DNA of 64,000 bases from positions 71,734,001-71,798,000 of the forward strand of contig OX597815.1 of the NCBI GenBank assembly GCA_951406725.2. The letters run 5' to 3'. Position numbers and translations under genes: made by a program. Below the pieces are notes generated by a model. That model did not search any database. It was given only the letters and a program-made list of their open reading frames with translations, and had not been told where the DNA came from. The stretch comes from Octopus vulgaris (lineage: Eukaryota). This document shows, one piece after another, positions 38,836 to 51,980 of this stretch. Numbering within the stretch: the stretch's first letter is position 1; the number at the start of each line of letters is the position of its first letter.

Positions 38836-39320
38836 TAAAGGGAATGTTCTTTATGTTGCCTGTCTCGTTTCTCTATTTGTTTCGTTGTTCGAAAAATGGT
38901 CGTTTTCTATGAATTTGTTTTTTTCTCATTTGTTCATGTTTTTTTTTAATGTCCTGTACCTGTATATGCATGTATATATAAATATATATGGAAGGTATGT
39001 ACATATATGTATGTATATGTATACATATATGTATGTATATGTATACATATAAGTATGTGTATGTATACATATTTATATATATGTCTATATATATGTGTAC
39101 ATATATATAGGTTTATATATATATATATGTGCATATATAACTTTGATAAGTTTCAGCCAGTATAGGCCCAGGCCATGTCTAACATAATAGCACTAATTGG
39201 TATGTATGTGTGTGTGTATATATATATGTATATATATATACATATGTATGTATATGTGTATATATGTATATACATATGCATATATATATGTACATATATA
39301 TATTTATTACATACATATAT
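38700..39320. repeat. (TA)/(TG)-rich compound microsatellite
   Basis: Directly visible. Confidence 0.9.
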
Positions 39321-39670
39321 GAGGGATGACCACTAAGTGATCATATATATCATCCCACTTATATGTATGCCTGGAGTGAAACTCTTTTCACCAATAGAGG
39401 GTCCAGTTATTGAGTTGACAACAATATGATGATAAAAGCAATAAGGATATGAAGACAAGGAAGTTCTTGCATGGTCCATCAGGAATTACTGCTGAGATGG
39501 TCATATATATCATCCCTCTTATATGTATGTGATATAATTTTTCTGCATCATCAGATTTATCTATATGCTAGACCACTGGTTTTAAATTGATATTAATCAA
39601 ATTAATATTCAATTTTTCACCCTTATTATTTTAAATTTATATATGTATATGTGTATATGAAGATATATGT

Positions 39671-41408
39671 ATCATCATCATCATCATCATCATCGTTTAA
39701 CGTCCGCTTTCCGCGCTAGCACGGGTTGGACGGTTTGACCGGGTCTGGGAAGCCAGGGGCCGCTCCAGGCTCCAGTCTGAATCTGGCAGAGTTTCTACGG
39801 CTGGATGCCCTTCCTAACGCCAACCACTCCGTGAGTGGATTGGGTGCTTTTTACGTGCCACCTGCACAGGGGCCGGAGGGTCCGGCATCGTCACGATCGG
39901 ATTCGAGCATTTTAACGTGTCAGCGGCACGGGGGCAACGAGGTCCGGGGTACTTTGGGGATCGGGGTATTTTGGGGATCCAGGGTACTTTGGGGATCCGG
40001 GGTACTTTGGGGATCCGGGGTACTTAGAATGGGTAGGGGGGTACTTAGAATGGGTAGGGGGGTACTTAGAATGGGTAGGGGGTATGTGGAATTGCTGCAG
40101 AAAGCAGCCCGGGTCTTTGTAGTCACAGCATATCTCCAGAGATCTCGGTCCTTCGCCATTGCCTCAGTGAGGCCCAATGCTCTGAGGTCATGCTTGACCA
40201 CCTCATCCCATGTCTTCCTGGGTCTACCTCTCCCCCTGATACCTTCAACTGTTTGGGAGTGGCACTTCTTCACACATCTCTCTTCATCCATCCGCAGCAC
40301 ATGACCATACCATCGCAAGCGTCGCTCTTGCACACCACATCTGATGCTTCTTATATCCAGCATTTCTCTCAGGATACTTACACTCTGTTTTGCGTGCACA
40401 CTGACACTACACATCCAGCGGATCATGCTAGCTTCATTTCTTTCAAGTCTACGCATGTCTTCTGCAGTCACAGCCCATGTTTCATTACCGTGAAGCATGG
40501 CAGTTCGCACACATGCATCATATAATCTACCTTTTGCTCTGAGGGAGAGGCCTTTTGTTGCCAGTAGGGGTAGGAGCTTTCTGAACTTTGCCCAGGCTAT
40601 TCGTATTCTAGTGGTGATACTCTCTGTGCATCCACCTCCGCTACTAACTTGGTCTCCCAGGTAGCGGAAACTATCAACTACTTCTAGTTTCTATCCCTGG
40701 AGTGTGATGGAATCTGTTTTCTGAGTGTCTGTTGTGTCTATTGTCCCTGTGCATCTGCCGCACATGTAAGCTATCTTATCTGTTAATTTCCCTTTAATGT
40801 TGCTGCACCTCTTATGTGTCCATAACTTACATTGGGTGCATCTTATGGAGTTTCTACCTGTACCTTTCCTACAGGTTGAGCAGGGCCACCTACCCGAGGG
40901 GATGTGTTGAGTACCTCTTGCTGCTTACTAATACTTTGGTCTTTGCTACATTTATTCTAAGGCCCTTTGATTCCAACCCTTGCTTCCATACCCGAAATTT
41001 CTCTTCTAGTTCCGGTAGTGATTCTGCTATGAGAGCTAGGTCATCGGCATAGAGGAGCTCCCAGGGGCATCCCGTTTTGAATTCCTCTGTTATTGCTTGA
41101 AGGACTATGATGAACAAAAGGGGACTGAGGGCTGAGCCCTGGTGCACACCTACTTCTACTCGGAATTCTTCACTATATTCGTTGCCAATCCTAACCTTGC
41201 TAACAGCCTCTCTGTATAGAGCCTGTACAGCCCTTATTAGCCATTCTTCAATCTCCAGTTTCCGCATCGACCACCAGATAAGGGAACGGGGAACCCTGTC
41301 AAAGGCTTTCTCCAAGTCTACAAAAGCTATGTAGAGGGGTTTATCTTTAGCTAGGTACTTCTCCTGCAGTTGTCGGACCAGGAATATAGCATCAGTGGTG
41401 CTTCTACC
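39671..41408 (-). mobile_element. Young 5'-truncated RTE-clade LINE (C-terminal RT, 3' UTR, (GAT)n tail)
   Basis: AFVDLEKAFDRVP, VGVHQGSALSPLLF, LLYADD, FRYLG, RRLRWYGHVLRM, GRGRPRKTW; one frameshift near 40900. Confidence 0.95.
39945..40082. repeat. Tandem 18-mer (gggtactttggggatccg) and 21-mer (gggtacttagaatgggtaggg) units at the 3' end of the RTE ORF
   Basis: In frame on the minus strand as PLPILST x3 and PDPQST-like x3. Confidence 0.9.
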
Positions 41409-41409
41409 A

Positions 41410-41855
41410 TGTATATATATATTTATGTATATGTATATATATATTTATGTATATATATGTATATATATATGTATGTATATATATGTATATATATATATAT
41501 GTATGTATATATGGATATATATATGTATGTATATATGGATATATATATGTATGTATATATGGATATATATATGTATGTATATATGGATATATATATGTAT
41601 GTATATATGGATATATATATGTATGTATATATGGATATATATATGTATGTATATATGGATATATATATGTATGTATCTATGGATATATATATGTATATAT
41701 ATGGATATATATATGTATATATATGTGTGTGTATATATATATGAATGTATATATTTATGTACATATATATGTATATATGTATGTATATGGAAATATATAT
41801 ATATATGCAAATATACATATTTATGTATGTGTATGTACTTATATATGTATATATA
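41410..41855. repeat. TA-rich minisatellite, 24-bp unit (atatatggatatatatatgtatgt)
   Basis: About 8 near-identical units embedded in (TA)n. Confidence 0.9.
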
Positions 41856-41988
41856 GCCTGTATGCTAGAAATAGATGTCAAACTCGCCATTTACCACGAA
41901 GAATGTGTTCTCAAGAAAAAATTCAGCAAAAAACCAAGGTGTAAAAATAAGCAAGACAAGTGAAAATATACGAAATAAAAACGATTAC

Positions 41989-42063
41989 CTATGTACTAAT
42001 TAGTTTCACTTGTTAATATTTATGTATATGGATACACAAACATCTACAAGATCGTCAGCATAG
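41989..42063 (-). ncRNA. Type I hammerhead ribozyme motif with long stem II
   Basis: Minus strand: cuaug CUGACGA u cuugu...acaag u GAAA cuaauuag UA cauag; 5-bp stem I, palindromic stem III, GUA triplet. Confidence 0.75.
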
Positions 42064-42333
42064 TCTGTTGTTTACGAAATACAATTTCTAGAACTAAATA
42101 CAGGGCGCTCGACCGAAATCCAGCATGTATAAAGCTCCACAAATTATATTTATGTGTATCTTTCAAATGCCTTCACTTTGGCGCGCTGAGATCGGAAATT
42201 ACTCTGCAGTTAATAAACTACAGCAGTTAATTTACCGGCTAGAGAACATTTTTTAAATTCAAAATTAAATAAGGGTAGAAATCCATATTAATCAATTAAA
42301 ACCAGTGGCCTAGCATACTTTTTAAAAAATCCG

Positions 42334-42885
42334 AAGAATAAACCAATAGAAAGTGGAGTATTGTTTTATACATGTGTCTGTGATTTGTAGGAGGAAATGT
42401 TAGTCGTGCAGGGCTGGTCAACCATCAGAGAAGGCAGAGGAATCAACCTCTGGTAAATTGTGGAAAAGTGTTCTGTTCAGTTAGAGGATTAAAAAGACAT
42501 GTCAAAAGACCTGATCCTTCTGCCAGCCAGAACAATTGTGCATTATGTAAAAAAATGAGCAAATCTTTGGCAGGGCTCAAGAGTCATATAAGGACTTCAA
42601 ACTGTGTTTTCAAATACTTATTTTACTGATTCTTGATTCTTTCTAGTAATGGCTTTGCTCATTTACAAGAAAGCAGCTACTATATACATACATGTGCATA
42701 TACATGGTCTTTTGACATATCTTTTTAATCCTCTAACTGAACAGAACACTTTTCCACAATTTACCAGAGGTTGATTCCTCTGCCTTCTCTGATGGTTGAC
42801 CAGCCCTGCACAACTCTAACATTTCCTCCTACAAATCACAGACACATGTAAAAAACAATGCTCCACTTTCTATTGGTTTATTCTT
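42334..42885. repeat. Inverted repeat 42334-42511 vs 42706-42885
   Basis: Reverse-complement match over about 178 bp with a few substitutions. Confidence 0.95.
42360..42685 (+). mobile_element. Decayed LINE 3' end with C2H2-like fingers (RTE-type ORF2 C-terminus)
   Basis: Fragments AGLVNHQR, CGKVFCSVRGLKRHVK, CALCKKMSKSLAGLKSHIR with stops and frameshifts. Confidence 0.55.
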
Positions 42886-42939
42886 TCTAAGCATTCTCTT
42901 GATCGTCTTGTGCGTCGCTCTCTCTCCTCTCTTCCTAGA

Positions 42940-43129
42940 CAATCTTATCATAATACAGGTCACTTGGCCATATCTCACTCCACCAGATATTTTAAGCATC
43001 TCAGCAGTAATTCCTGATGGACCAAGAGCTTTCCTTGTCTTCATATCCTTATTGCTTTTTCTATCATATTGTTGTCAACTCAATAACTGGACCCTCTATT
43101 GATGTAAAGGAGTTTCTCTCCAGGCATAC
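42940..43129 (-). mobile_element. Old RTE ORF2 fragment
   Basis: MKTRKALGPSGITAEMLK resembles the KAPGPDGI.AEMLK motif upstream of RT. Confidence 0.8.
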
Positions 43130-43292
43130 TTATTCTCACTCACATCACACTTATATATAATGTTCCATATCTCTTCCTATGTTTGTGGGTATATATATGA
43201 AAATACACACACCCGCTTTTGTGTATCTCTATATGTGTGTGTATGTATATATATATACACACACACATATATTTAAGTATATAATTATAAAA

Positions 43293-43456
43293 ATATAATT
43301 ATAATTAAGGATGCTGGAGGGCCAACACCAATACACTAGAAGTAGATGTCAAATGTCTACAAGCCACTTTAAATTTGTTCTCTTTTTATAACACAAAGCT
43401 GAATGCAAGGGAATGGACTGGCGTTGGCCCTCCAGCACCCTTAATTATAATTATAT
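43293..43456. repeat. Short foldback: about 38-bp inverted arms around an 88-bp spacer
   Basis: atataattataattaaggatgctggagggccaacacca / tggcgttggccctccagcacccttaattataattatat. Confidence 0.85.
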
Positions 43457-44148
43457 ACTTTAAAATAAATTTTACCGATATGGTGGATTTTTATATGCTA
43501 GCCACTGATATAATCATTTTAATGATTATATCCTCAATTTATATGTCTATACATATATATATATATTTACACAAGTGTTTTTGTGTATCTCTTCTATATG
43601 CATGAGTATGTAGTGCAGGTGTGAGAGGTTGGATCTGGGTGGTTTGAACTCAAAACTGACAGAATATTTGGGCTGGATATGGCCAGTTTAAATGGTATGG
43701 GATTAATGTAGCTATTTCAAAATATATCAAGTTTAGACAGCTAAAATAGTGTCTGAGACAAGGAAGCCCACCTAAAAATACCTCTATTATGTAACCCAAA
43801 ATTGTATATAGAGAGAAACTCAAATTTGACTCAGGCAAAACTCAGTCTAGGGAACAACAACAACAACAATAAATGATTAGTCACATGAAACTACTGGTCT
43901 AATACATCCTGACATTTCAACATGTCTTTACTACTAGGTCAAATCTTTGGTATGTTCGTTTCTATAAATATTTCTATTCTAATTCAGTGTACAAAAGCTT
44001 TTCACTGATTCTCTGTTATTTCATATACTGCAGATTGATGTCTACAGTCGATAAATATATCTATGGCAGCATATTTCAAAGCATGATTATATTTTTGTTC
44101 CAGTATTTTACATTTCCTGTTATTGGTTGTATCTTTGTCAGAATTCTG

Positions 44149-44191
<43 letters not shown>

Positions 44192-44198
<7 letters not shown>

Positions 44199-44485
44199 AA
44201 AGGGCTTAGTAAAATAAATTACTTTGCCGCATACTGAACTCATTAGAAATAGCAGCTAAAAACTTTTTTAAAAAACCATTTCTAATACTTAAAGAAAATC
44301 TCTCACATATAGTGTTTGGTCAACTCAACTCACGAAAGTTTCGTGAGTTGAGTTGACCAAACACTATATGTGAGAGATTTTCTTTAAGTATTAGAAATGG
44401 TTTTTTAAAAAAGTTTTTTAGCTGCTATTTCTAATGAGTTCAGTATGCGGCAAAGTAATTTATTTTACTAAGCCCTTTTGTATAT
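44192..44485. repeat. Near-perfect palindrome, about 146-bp arms, 1-nt centre at 44338
   Basis: ...caactcacgaaa G tttcgtgagttg...; only a 1-nt homopolymer length difference noticed. Confidence 0.95.
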
Positions 44486-44604
44486 TGTAATAATTTGAAT
44501 TCGCCTTAAATGGTCCCTTTGCATACTGAACACTTGGTGAAATTAATTAATAATTAATTAATTTTACCCTCAATTGTTGAAATATATATATATATATATA
44601 TATA

Positions 44605-45401
44605 TGATGTGGTGAATATATTGTCGTCTAAATTACGCAAAAATGAAAATAACACTGACATCTCATTTTAAGATATATTTACCAAAATTACATAAAAATA
44701 TCTGGAAATACTAAAGAGTAAATTTATTTAATAAAATCACCATTGGCTTCAACCACAACCTCCAGATGACTTCGGCATCTCCTGCAACTCTTATGTATGG
44801 TCTCTTTATTTAAGTTGGTGAATGCTGCCATAATCATTGCCTTCAGTTCATCCTTGATGTTGCAAAAAGTTTTGTTGGTCTCACTCAACTGCGCCCCACA
44901 TATACTAATCAAGGTGCTTGCAGTATGGGGAGTTAAGTAGCCAGATGTTAGGGGTGATGTGGTCATAAAAATTGTCTGACAGCCATGACTGGGTTCTCCT
45001 GCTTGCATGGCATGGTGCAGAGTCCTGTTGCCAGACACAGGGTCTTCCAGCAGCCATCCTCTTGACCTAGAGCAACACTACCTCCTCCAGGCTCTTGATG
45101 TAGGTCTCTGTGTTGAGTCAGAGGCCATATGGTCACTTTAAACACCATGATGTTGACTAGATGTTTGATTTTTATCACTCTCAGTACATGTTCCTATTGG
45201 AACTTCTGGCACAAATACCAAGCAGTACAGCATGTCATTTCCAAATTTCTGGCAGAGTGAATCGCATCATGGTACTGTTTTCCTCACAGAAGCTGCCCAA
45301 CTGACCCTACTATACTGTATAGTTGACAAAATCAAAAACAAACAATGCGTATGCACGAAATTAAAAGTATAAAATGGTGGCAACGTACCTATCACACCCT
45401 G
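44605..45401 (-). mobile_element. Internally deleted Tc1/mariner-superfamily transposon (maT/DD37D-like)
   Basis: VWQQDSAPCHASR, ITPNIW.LNS, VWGAVE-like and ..VVEANGDFIK* fragments; right terminus cacaccctg|ta. Confidence 0.85.
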
Positions 45402-48400
45402 TATATCCATGTATTTGTTGTAATTTTTTGACTGTGGCCAAGCTGGAGTTTTATTTCTATTGATATGTCTCCTCTTTTGTCTGTTGGTCTTTCTTCATTT
45501 TCATGTTTGTTTTTCTCAGCTAGTTTGGATTAGATAGATGTATATACATATATGTATACATGTCTATGTATACCTCTGTGTGTGTGTGTGTGTGTGTCAT
45601 CATTACAGATTTTCTACAATTGAATGCCCTTCATGTTGCTTCCCCTAACTTGTTTCCATGTAAGCTAATATTTTCTTGTGGGCCAGACTTTTGAATACTG
45701 GAAACAGACAACACCAGGATGCCCTTCCTGTCACTAAACTTGACTTGTTTTTACATTTTCAAGTAAGAGATTTCTTATCCCATGTCTTTGCAAGGCACAA
45801 AACCAGCAGACAATTAATTTGTTGACATGGGAAATGACAACAAATGCACTGATTGGAGATCAGTGAGTTTTGGAGAAGTGTAATTGAAAGCACACACACA
45901 CACATATAGATACGTATATATGAAAGACTTCTTGTAATTAAAGATGTTTGCCCAAGGTGCCACACAATAGGGTGGAAATCAAACCCACACAGCCATGTCT
46001 GTGCCTATTTCTGCATAGACACACTTAACCTGCTTTGTATACAGCATTTTCCTTTTCATTTTTTAAAAACTTTTCTTTTGTAAGGTTTAGATATAATTAT
46101 CTACTTTTGCTTCATTCTCAAAATACAGATATTCATATAATTCTGTCAAAACAATACTCTTGTATTCCCATTGTTTTCAAATTAATCATGCATTGTTTTG
46201 TAGCTGTTACATTTTGATGAGGTAACTGTTAAATTTTAGAATGATAATGTAGGGTTGATGTGAGAGGCCAGATCTGGCCAGTTTGTATGCAAAACAGAAT
46301 ATTTTGGCCAGATGTGGTCAGTTTAAATACTAAAGGGTTAAACTGATTTCAGTAATGGCTGCTATATTGTGTCAGAATTATGTTGTGTATATTTATAACA
46401 GCCCTTCTAATTTTTACTTAACAGTGGATTAGGGCATATATTGTTGCTGTTGTTGTTGTTACTTAAACCCAGGTCAATCCTGATCAAGTAGAACTATGAT
46501 CAGAGATGCTCCAGGAGCAATTATTCCATTTTACATTCAAGCATAGTGTGTCTGCAGTGTTGTTGGAGGAAGATTTGGCAGCTATTTCTAGTAGGTCAGG
46601 TTATCATGTGGAAGCACATTTTTACATTGAGTTATACACACATGTATATATATATATAGGAGCATATCCTTGCAGTTAAGGAGTTGCACTCACAATCACC
46701 AGATTGTGGTTTCAATTCCTGTACCAGGCAGTGCTTTGTGTTCTTGAGCAACACTTTAACATCTGATGTGTGGTGCACTGTGCACCTGTACAGGTAATGC
46801 TGACTTGTTGGCTGGAGTGAGCTAATATACTGAACAAATATTTGAGTACTGTAAACAAATCATCTACACAGGTTGTTCAACAAGAAGTTGCAGAACCTTT
46901 GTCTGTTGTTTACAACAGCAGAATCTACCGTATGTGTCTATGTTCTTAGCTTGGATACAAGATAAGTGGCTGGCATTCAGGGACTATTTTCAAACATTTT
47001 TGAACACATTTGTAAACAAGATAGTGTGGTTGTCTTCTTTTTTGCTTTTTGATCTTATTGCAATGGGTGGACAGAGATGTAAATTTAAACATTAGTCTGA
47101 GCACCACAGCAGGTGACTTGCTTAGCAACCGTTCATTTATGAAATAGCTTGGCGGGGGGGAATTAGGTTGCAGTTTAAATAACCCAGAAATATAATATAG
47201 CAGGAGAGTAAAATATTTTGGTGATTTCCACATTGCAATGTTCCTTCTGTATATATGTGTGTGTGAGTGTACTATGTCTGTCTGTGTACTGTCGTGTGTG
47301 TGTGATTATTGATTTGGCTGCAACAGTTCTGTGGTCACTATCCAATTACTGTTAAGGATGAGATGTCACAGTTTTGCATCATTGGAGCAAATTTTCTGCA
47401 AGCCATAAGGGTGTTCAGTTATAATCCTCCTCCTCTTCTTCCTCGTTATCTCAAGATTTCACCAGGAATTCATGTTCAGTAATGTAATAATTCACCAAAA
47501 CCTACAGTTGTTGTTTAAAGCTAACCTAAAGCGCAAGGTAATATCAAATTATTCTACAGTTTGGTACAGCAATAGATATTCAATTGGATACACTGTTCTC
47601 TTCAATGCCAAAGTTACCTTAACCTCATCATCATCATTGTTTTTTAACATCCATTTTTCCATGCTTGTCTGGATTGGATAGAGTTTGTTGAGGTAGAATA
47701 ACTTAAGCTACAATGCTCTTCCTGTTGCCAACCCTCACCTGTTTCCATGCAAGGTAATACCTCCCCACTGGCCAGACATTGTTTCCATGGAATATTGGAA
47801 ATGAATGAAACTGTATGTCAGTGACACTCACTTATAACAATCACACAATGTCATGGTAAGGAGATAGTAACACACACATGCATACTCACATCAAAATATA
47901 TTTAAAAAAAATTTTTTTTTAAGTTACCATCTCCAGTCATGCCAACTTATAGGGGCCAGTTTTCTGGTCTCCATGGCATATAAATTCCCCACATGGATAG
48001 GATACCAGTCTGTCACAAGATTACTCATTTTTATCAGCTGGAGCAATGTGAAATGAAGTGTTTTGTTCAAGAACACAACGTGTCGCCTGGTCCAGAAATC
48101 AAAACCACAATCTTACAATCATGAGTCCAACACACTAACCACTAACACACATACCTCCACAAATATGATTGACTTCTTTCAGTTTCCATCCACCAAATCC
48201 ACTCACTAGGCTTTGGTTGGCCCCCAAGGCTATAGTAGGAGACATTTACCTATAGAGCCACTCAGTGGGACTGAACCCAAAACCATGAAGTTGAGAAGCA
48301 AAACTTCTTAACCAGTATGGATTGTATAAAACTTGGCTATATGATTAAAAAATTTGCTTCATTCCAACTGTGCTGACACAGGCATTATTTCTCCATAACT

Positions 48401-50738
48401 CAACATGTTCCCATGGTAGATGGGAAAAATGACTCTTCTTGTATGACAGCTGTCACTTGGTGTCAAGGTTAACACACACACAAACACGTACAATACATAC
48501 AATAGACTTCTTTCAGTTTCTCTTTACTAAATTCACTCACAGGGCTTTGGTTGGCCCAGGACATCTGTCCTAGGTGTCATGCAGTGAGACTGAACCCAGA
48601 AGCATGTGAGTGAGAAGCGAACTTCTTTGCTACACAGCCATGTCAATGCCTATTTGGTTTGAATATCCCAATTCAAACATTAGACATGAATTTTTAATAG
48701 ATATCTACATGGTTGCATACTCTTACTAATCTGTAAAACTGAATTAATCTTCCAAATTGGAAACCTTATACATTTAGCACAGATCTCCTTTCAAATGTCA
48801 TTGATTAAATCAGTCATAATTTGCTAGATTTGTGTTGCCATGACCATATGATTAAGAAGTTTGTTTTCCAACCACATGGTTCTTAGTTCAGTCCTGGTGC
48901 ATGCTGCCTGGGGCAAATGACTTCTACTATAGCCATTATCTAAACAAGACTTTGTGAGTAGAATTGGTAGACAGAAACTAAAAAAAAGCCTCTGTGTGTA
49001 TGTGTGTCTTCTTGTCTTGATAGTTGGTAAACGAATGTCAGTGTCATTCATTTCCATTATTCAAGGGGCAAGCTGGCAGAACTGTTGGCAGCATTACGTC
49101 TGTCTTTATATTCTGAGTTCAAGTTCCACCAAGGTTGATTTTTTGTCTTTTATCTTTTCAAGGTCGATAAAATAAGTTCCAGTTGAGTACTGGGGTCAGT
49201 GTAATCAACTCAAACCCTCCCTCGAACTTGCTGGATTTGTGCCAAAATTTGAAATCAACATTTCCAATATTCTGTGAGAACATATCTGGCTATGGGGAAC
49301 TATTAGCTTGCTTGGAAACAGGTGAGGGTTAGTAACAGAAAGGGTACTCAACTGAGGAAAACCTGCCTTGACAAACTCTGACCCATGCAAGCATGGAAAA
49401 GTAGACATTAAGATGTTGGAGGATACCATGCCAGTGATGATCATCGTGATTTTCTTTTTTTATTCACAATGTATCTTGGACTGCATTATTCAAAGTGTTT
49501 TTCTGCTTTTAAGACGATGGTGTACTTTTCAGGTCTGGGGCATGGAATCTGTTGGCTAGTATCCCATGATAGCTGCTGGTCAACCAATACCTTATAAATG
49601 TAATTTGGTAAAAGGAAATAGAAAGAACTCCATTGTGTGTGTGTGCACGTATTCATCATGCTGTTGTACTCAAGAAGACCCGTTCTCCACAGCAAAATTG
49701 ATAGCAGTGGTGGTGCCACATAAAATGTACATAGTACCTTCTGATGTTAGTGGTTGGTGTTAGGAAGGGCAACGAGCTGTTGAAACCATGCCCGAACAAT
49801 GGTGTTTGTCTTGGCCTTACCAGCTCCAGTCAAACCATCCAACCCATGCCAGCATAGAAAACAGGCACTGATTGATGATGACGATGAGAGAGAGAAGTAG
49901 AAATGTATGTGTGTATTTTCACAAGTGAGTCCATATTCCTTGTCTTGACATATATGTTCTGTTTGTAAACAAAGAGTCACTGTTCCTACAAATGGCATTC
50001 ATTGCTCCTATATACTAGGGTGAAATTAAGGCAGTGAGCTGGCAGAATCATTAGCTCAACAGGGAAAATGCTTAGCAGCATTTTGTCCATCTTCATGTTC
50101 TGAGTTCAGAACACACCTGGCATAGGTGCATTAATGCAGCACTGGCACAGGTGCTTTATAAGTGGCACTGGCACCTGAAAGGGCAAGCTTGTATGTGTGA
50201 AAGGCAATGAGTTTACTTAACTTGACATGTCTTGTACAGCAAATCGCCTCATCTCCCAAAATATATAACTACATAATTTTACTGTTAACCCTTTGGTATT
50301 CAAATTACTGTCAAATGTAATGCTTATTTATTGACATTGTTTTGAATTAATCATGCATTATCACAGATTCAAAATTTTGAAGATGTGAATTATTTTTAGA
50401 ATGACATTGTAGGATAGGTGTGAGAGTCTGGATCGGGTCAATTTAAATGCCAAAGCGTTAAGGCTTCCAATGAGACTTCATTTTTGTAGTTAACATTTTA
50501 AATTCTGTCTGGTAAAATGTTCAAGTTTGTTTTAGATAAAACAGCTCTGAAATCCAGTATTATCTTTAGAGTCACACAAAATAGCTTGCTTTGAGTTACA
50601 TCATGACTTTATGCCATCATAGTTACACTAGGGCATAAAGCCATAAAACTGACCAATATTCATTTGTATTGTCATATCATACTTTTTGATAAATCTTGCA
50701 TAATGCAAGAATAGCTCACCCCTCTCTCTCTCTCACTC

Positions 50739-50781
<43 letters not shown>

Positions 50782-50974
50782 CCATTGTTATCCATTCTTC
50801 ATTCCTTCTTAGTTATCTGTTCTGTCCAACCTCAACCTATTCTGATTCCATTTCTTCTCTTCAACACACACTCTCACTCACTTCATTCTCTACCCTCAGT
50901 GGAACTAACCAGCTGTATGTTATGCTGTTCATTTTAAGAGGCTGATACAGGCAGGTCTCTGAAATAATTCCCTG

Positions 50975-51026
<52 letters not shown>

Positions 51027-51839
51027 GTCCATCATTAGTCCTTTATTTCCTTCTATGCTCCCTCTTTCTGTCTCTCCCCATCTCTGTTTTCCCCTTTATA
51101 TCTATCTCTCTCCCTGTCCCTCTCTCCATCATACACATAAAGGGACTGACACCAGAGTGCTGGCGGCTCCATCCCCTGCCCCCTGTATGCACTTATTCTT
51201 ATAAGCTATTGTTTATTTGTGGCAGAGGGCTGGGCCTTTCTTGATCCCTCCCTTTCTCCCTGTTCCCCTGATTTTGATGCCACAAGGCTTGTATGTTTCT
51301 GCAATTTATCAAAGTGGCTGGCATTAAATAAAAAGGTTTGCTACCACAGAACAAAAATAATAAAACAAAAGATCCTGTCCACTCCACTGATGCATACTCT
51401 GTGTGTGTGTAATATGAATGTGTGCATGGACCCCTATTAAGTGCCAAGGATTTAGTTGTCTTTCTTTAGTAGAAGGCCCCCTGCTGTTTGGTTGTACTCC
51501 TATCTAGATGTATAAGAGTTGTGATGGTAGTGTTTCTCCATACTTATTAATTTTGCTAATTAGCTCTGTTTAACTAAGTTGTCTTTGATCTAAATTGAAA
51601 GATTTTATTTAAATGATTTATTATAGTGTTGTTTTTGTTTTGCTTCATTGCTTTTTGGTTTTTTTAGCTCCTTTCCTGTCCTGTCTTTCATTTGTGGTAC
51701 ACAGGACATATCACTCTGGCATCCATGCAGCATATATGATATTCATTCCCAATCTTTATCTGACCCTGGAGTAACTTGGGACTTATAAAAAGAAACTTAT
51801 ATAATTCAAAATGTGTGAAACATGTATAATATATAAATA

Positions 51840-51980
<141 letters not shown>

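Noticed and set aside
39530-39558. Minus-strand ctgatga tgca gaaa hammerhead-like string
   Set aside because: Stems I and III cannot form
39726-41334. Plus-strand ORFs up to 192 aa
   Set aside because: Antisense shadows of the RTE ORF2
41370-41963. Long Y/I/M/C-rich ORFs and CRISPR-like periodicity
   Set aside because: 24-bp TA-rich minisatellite without unique spacers; eukaryotic context, no cas genes
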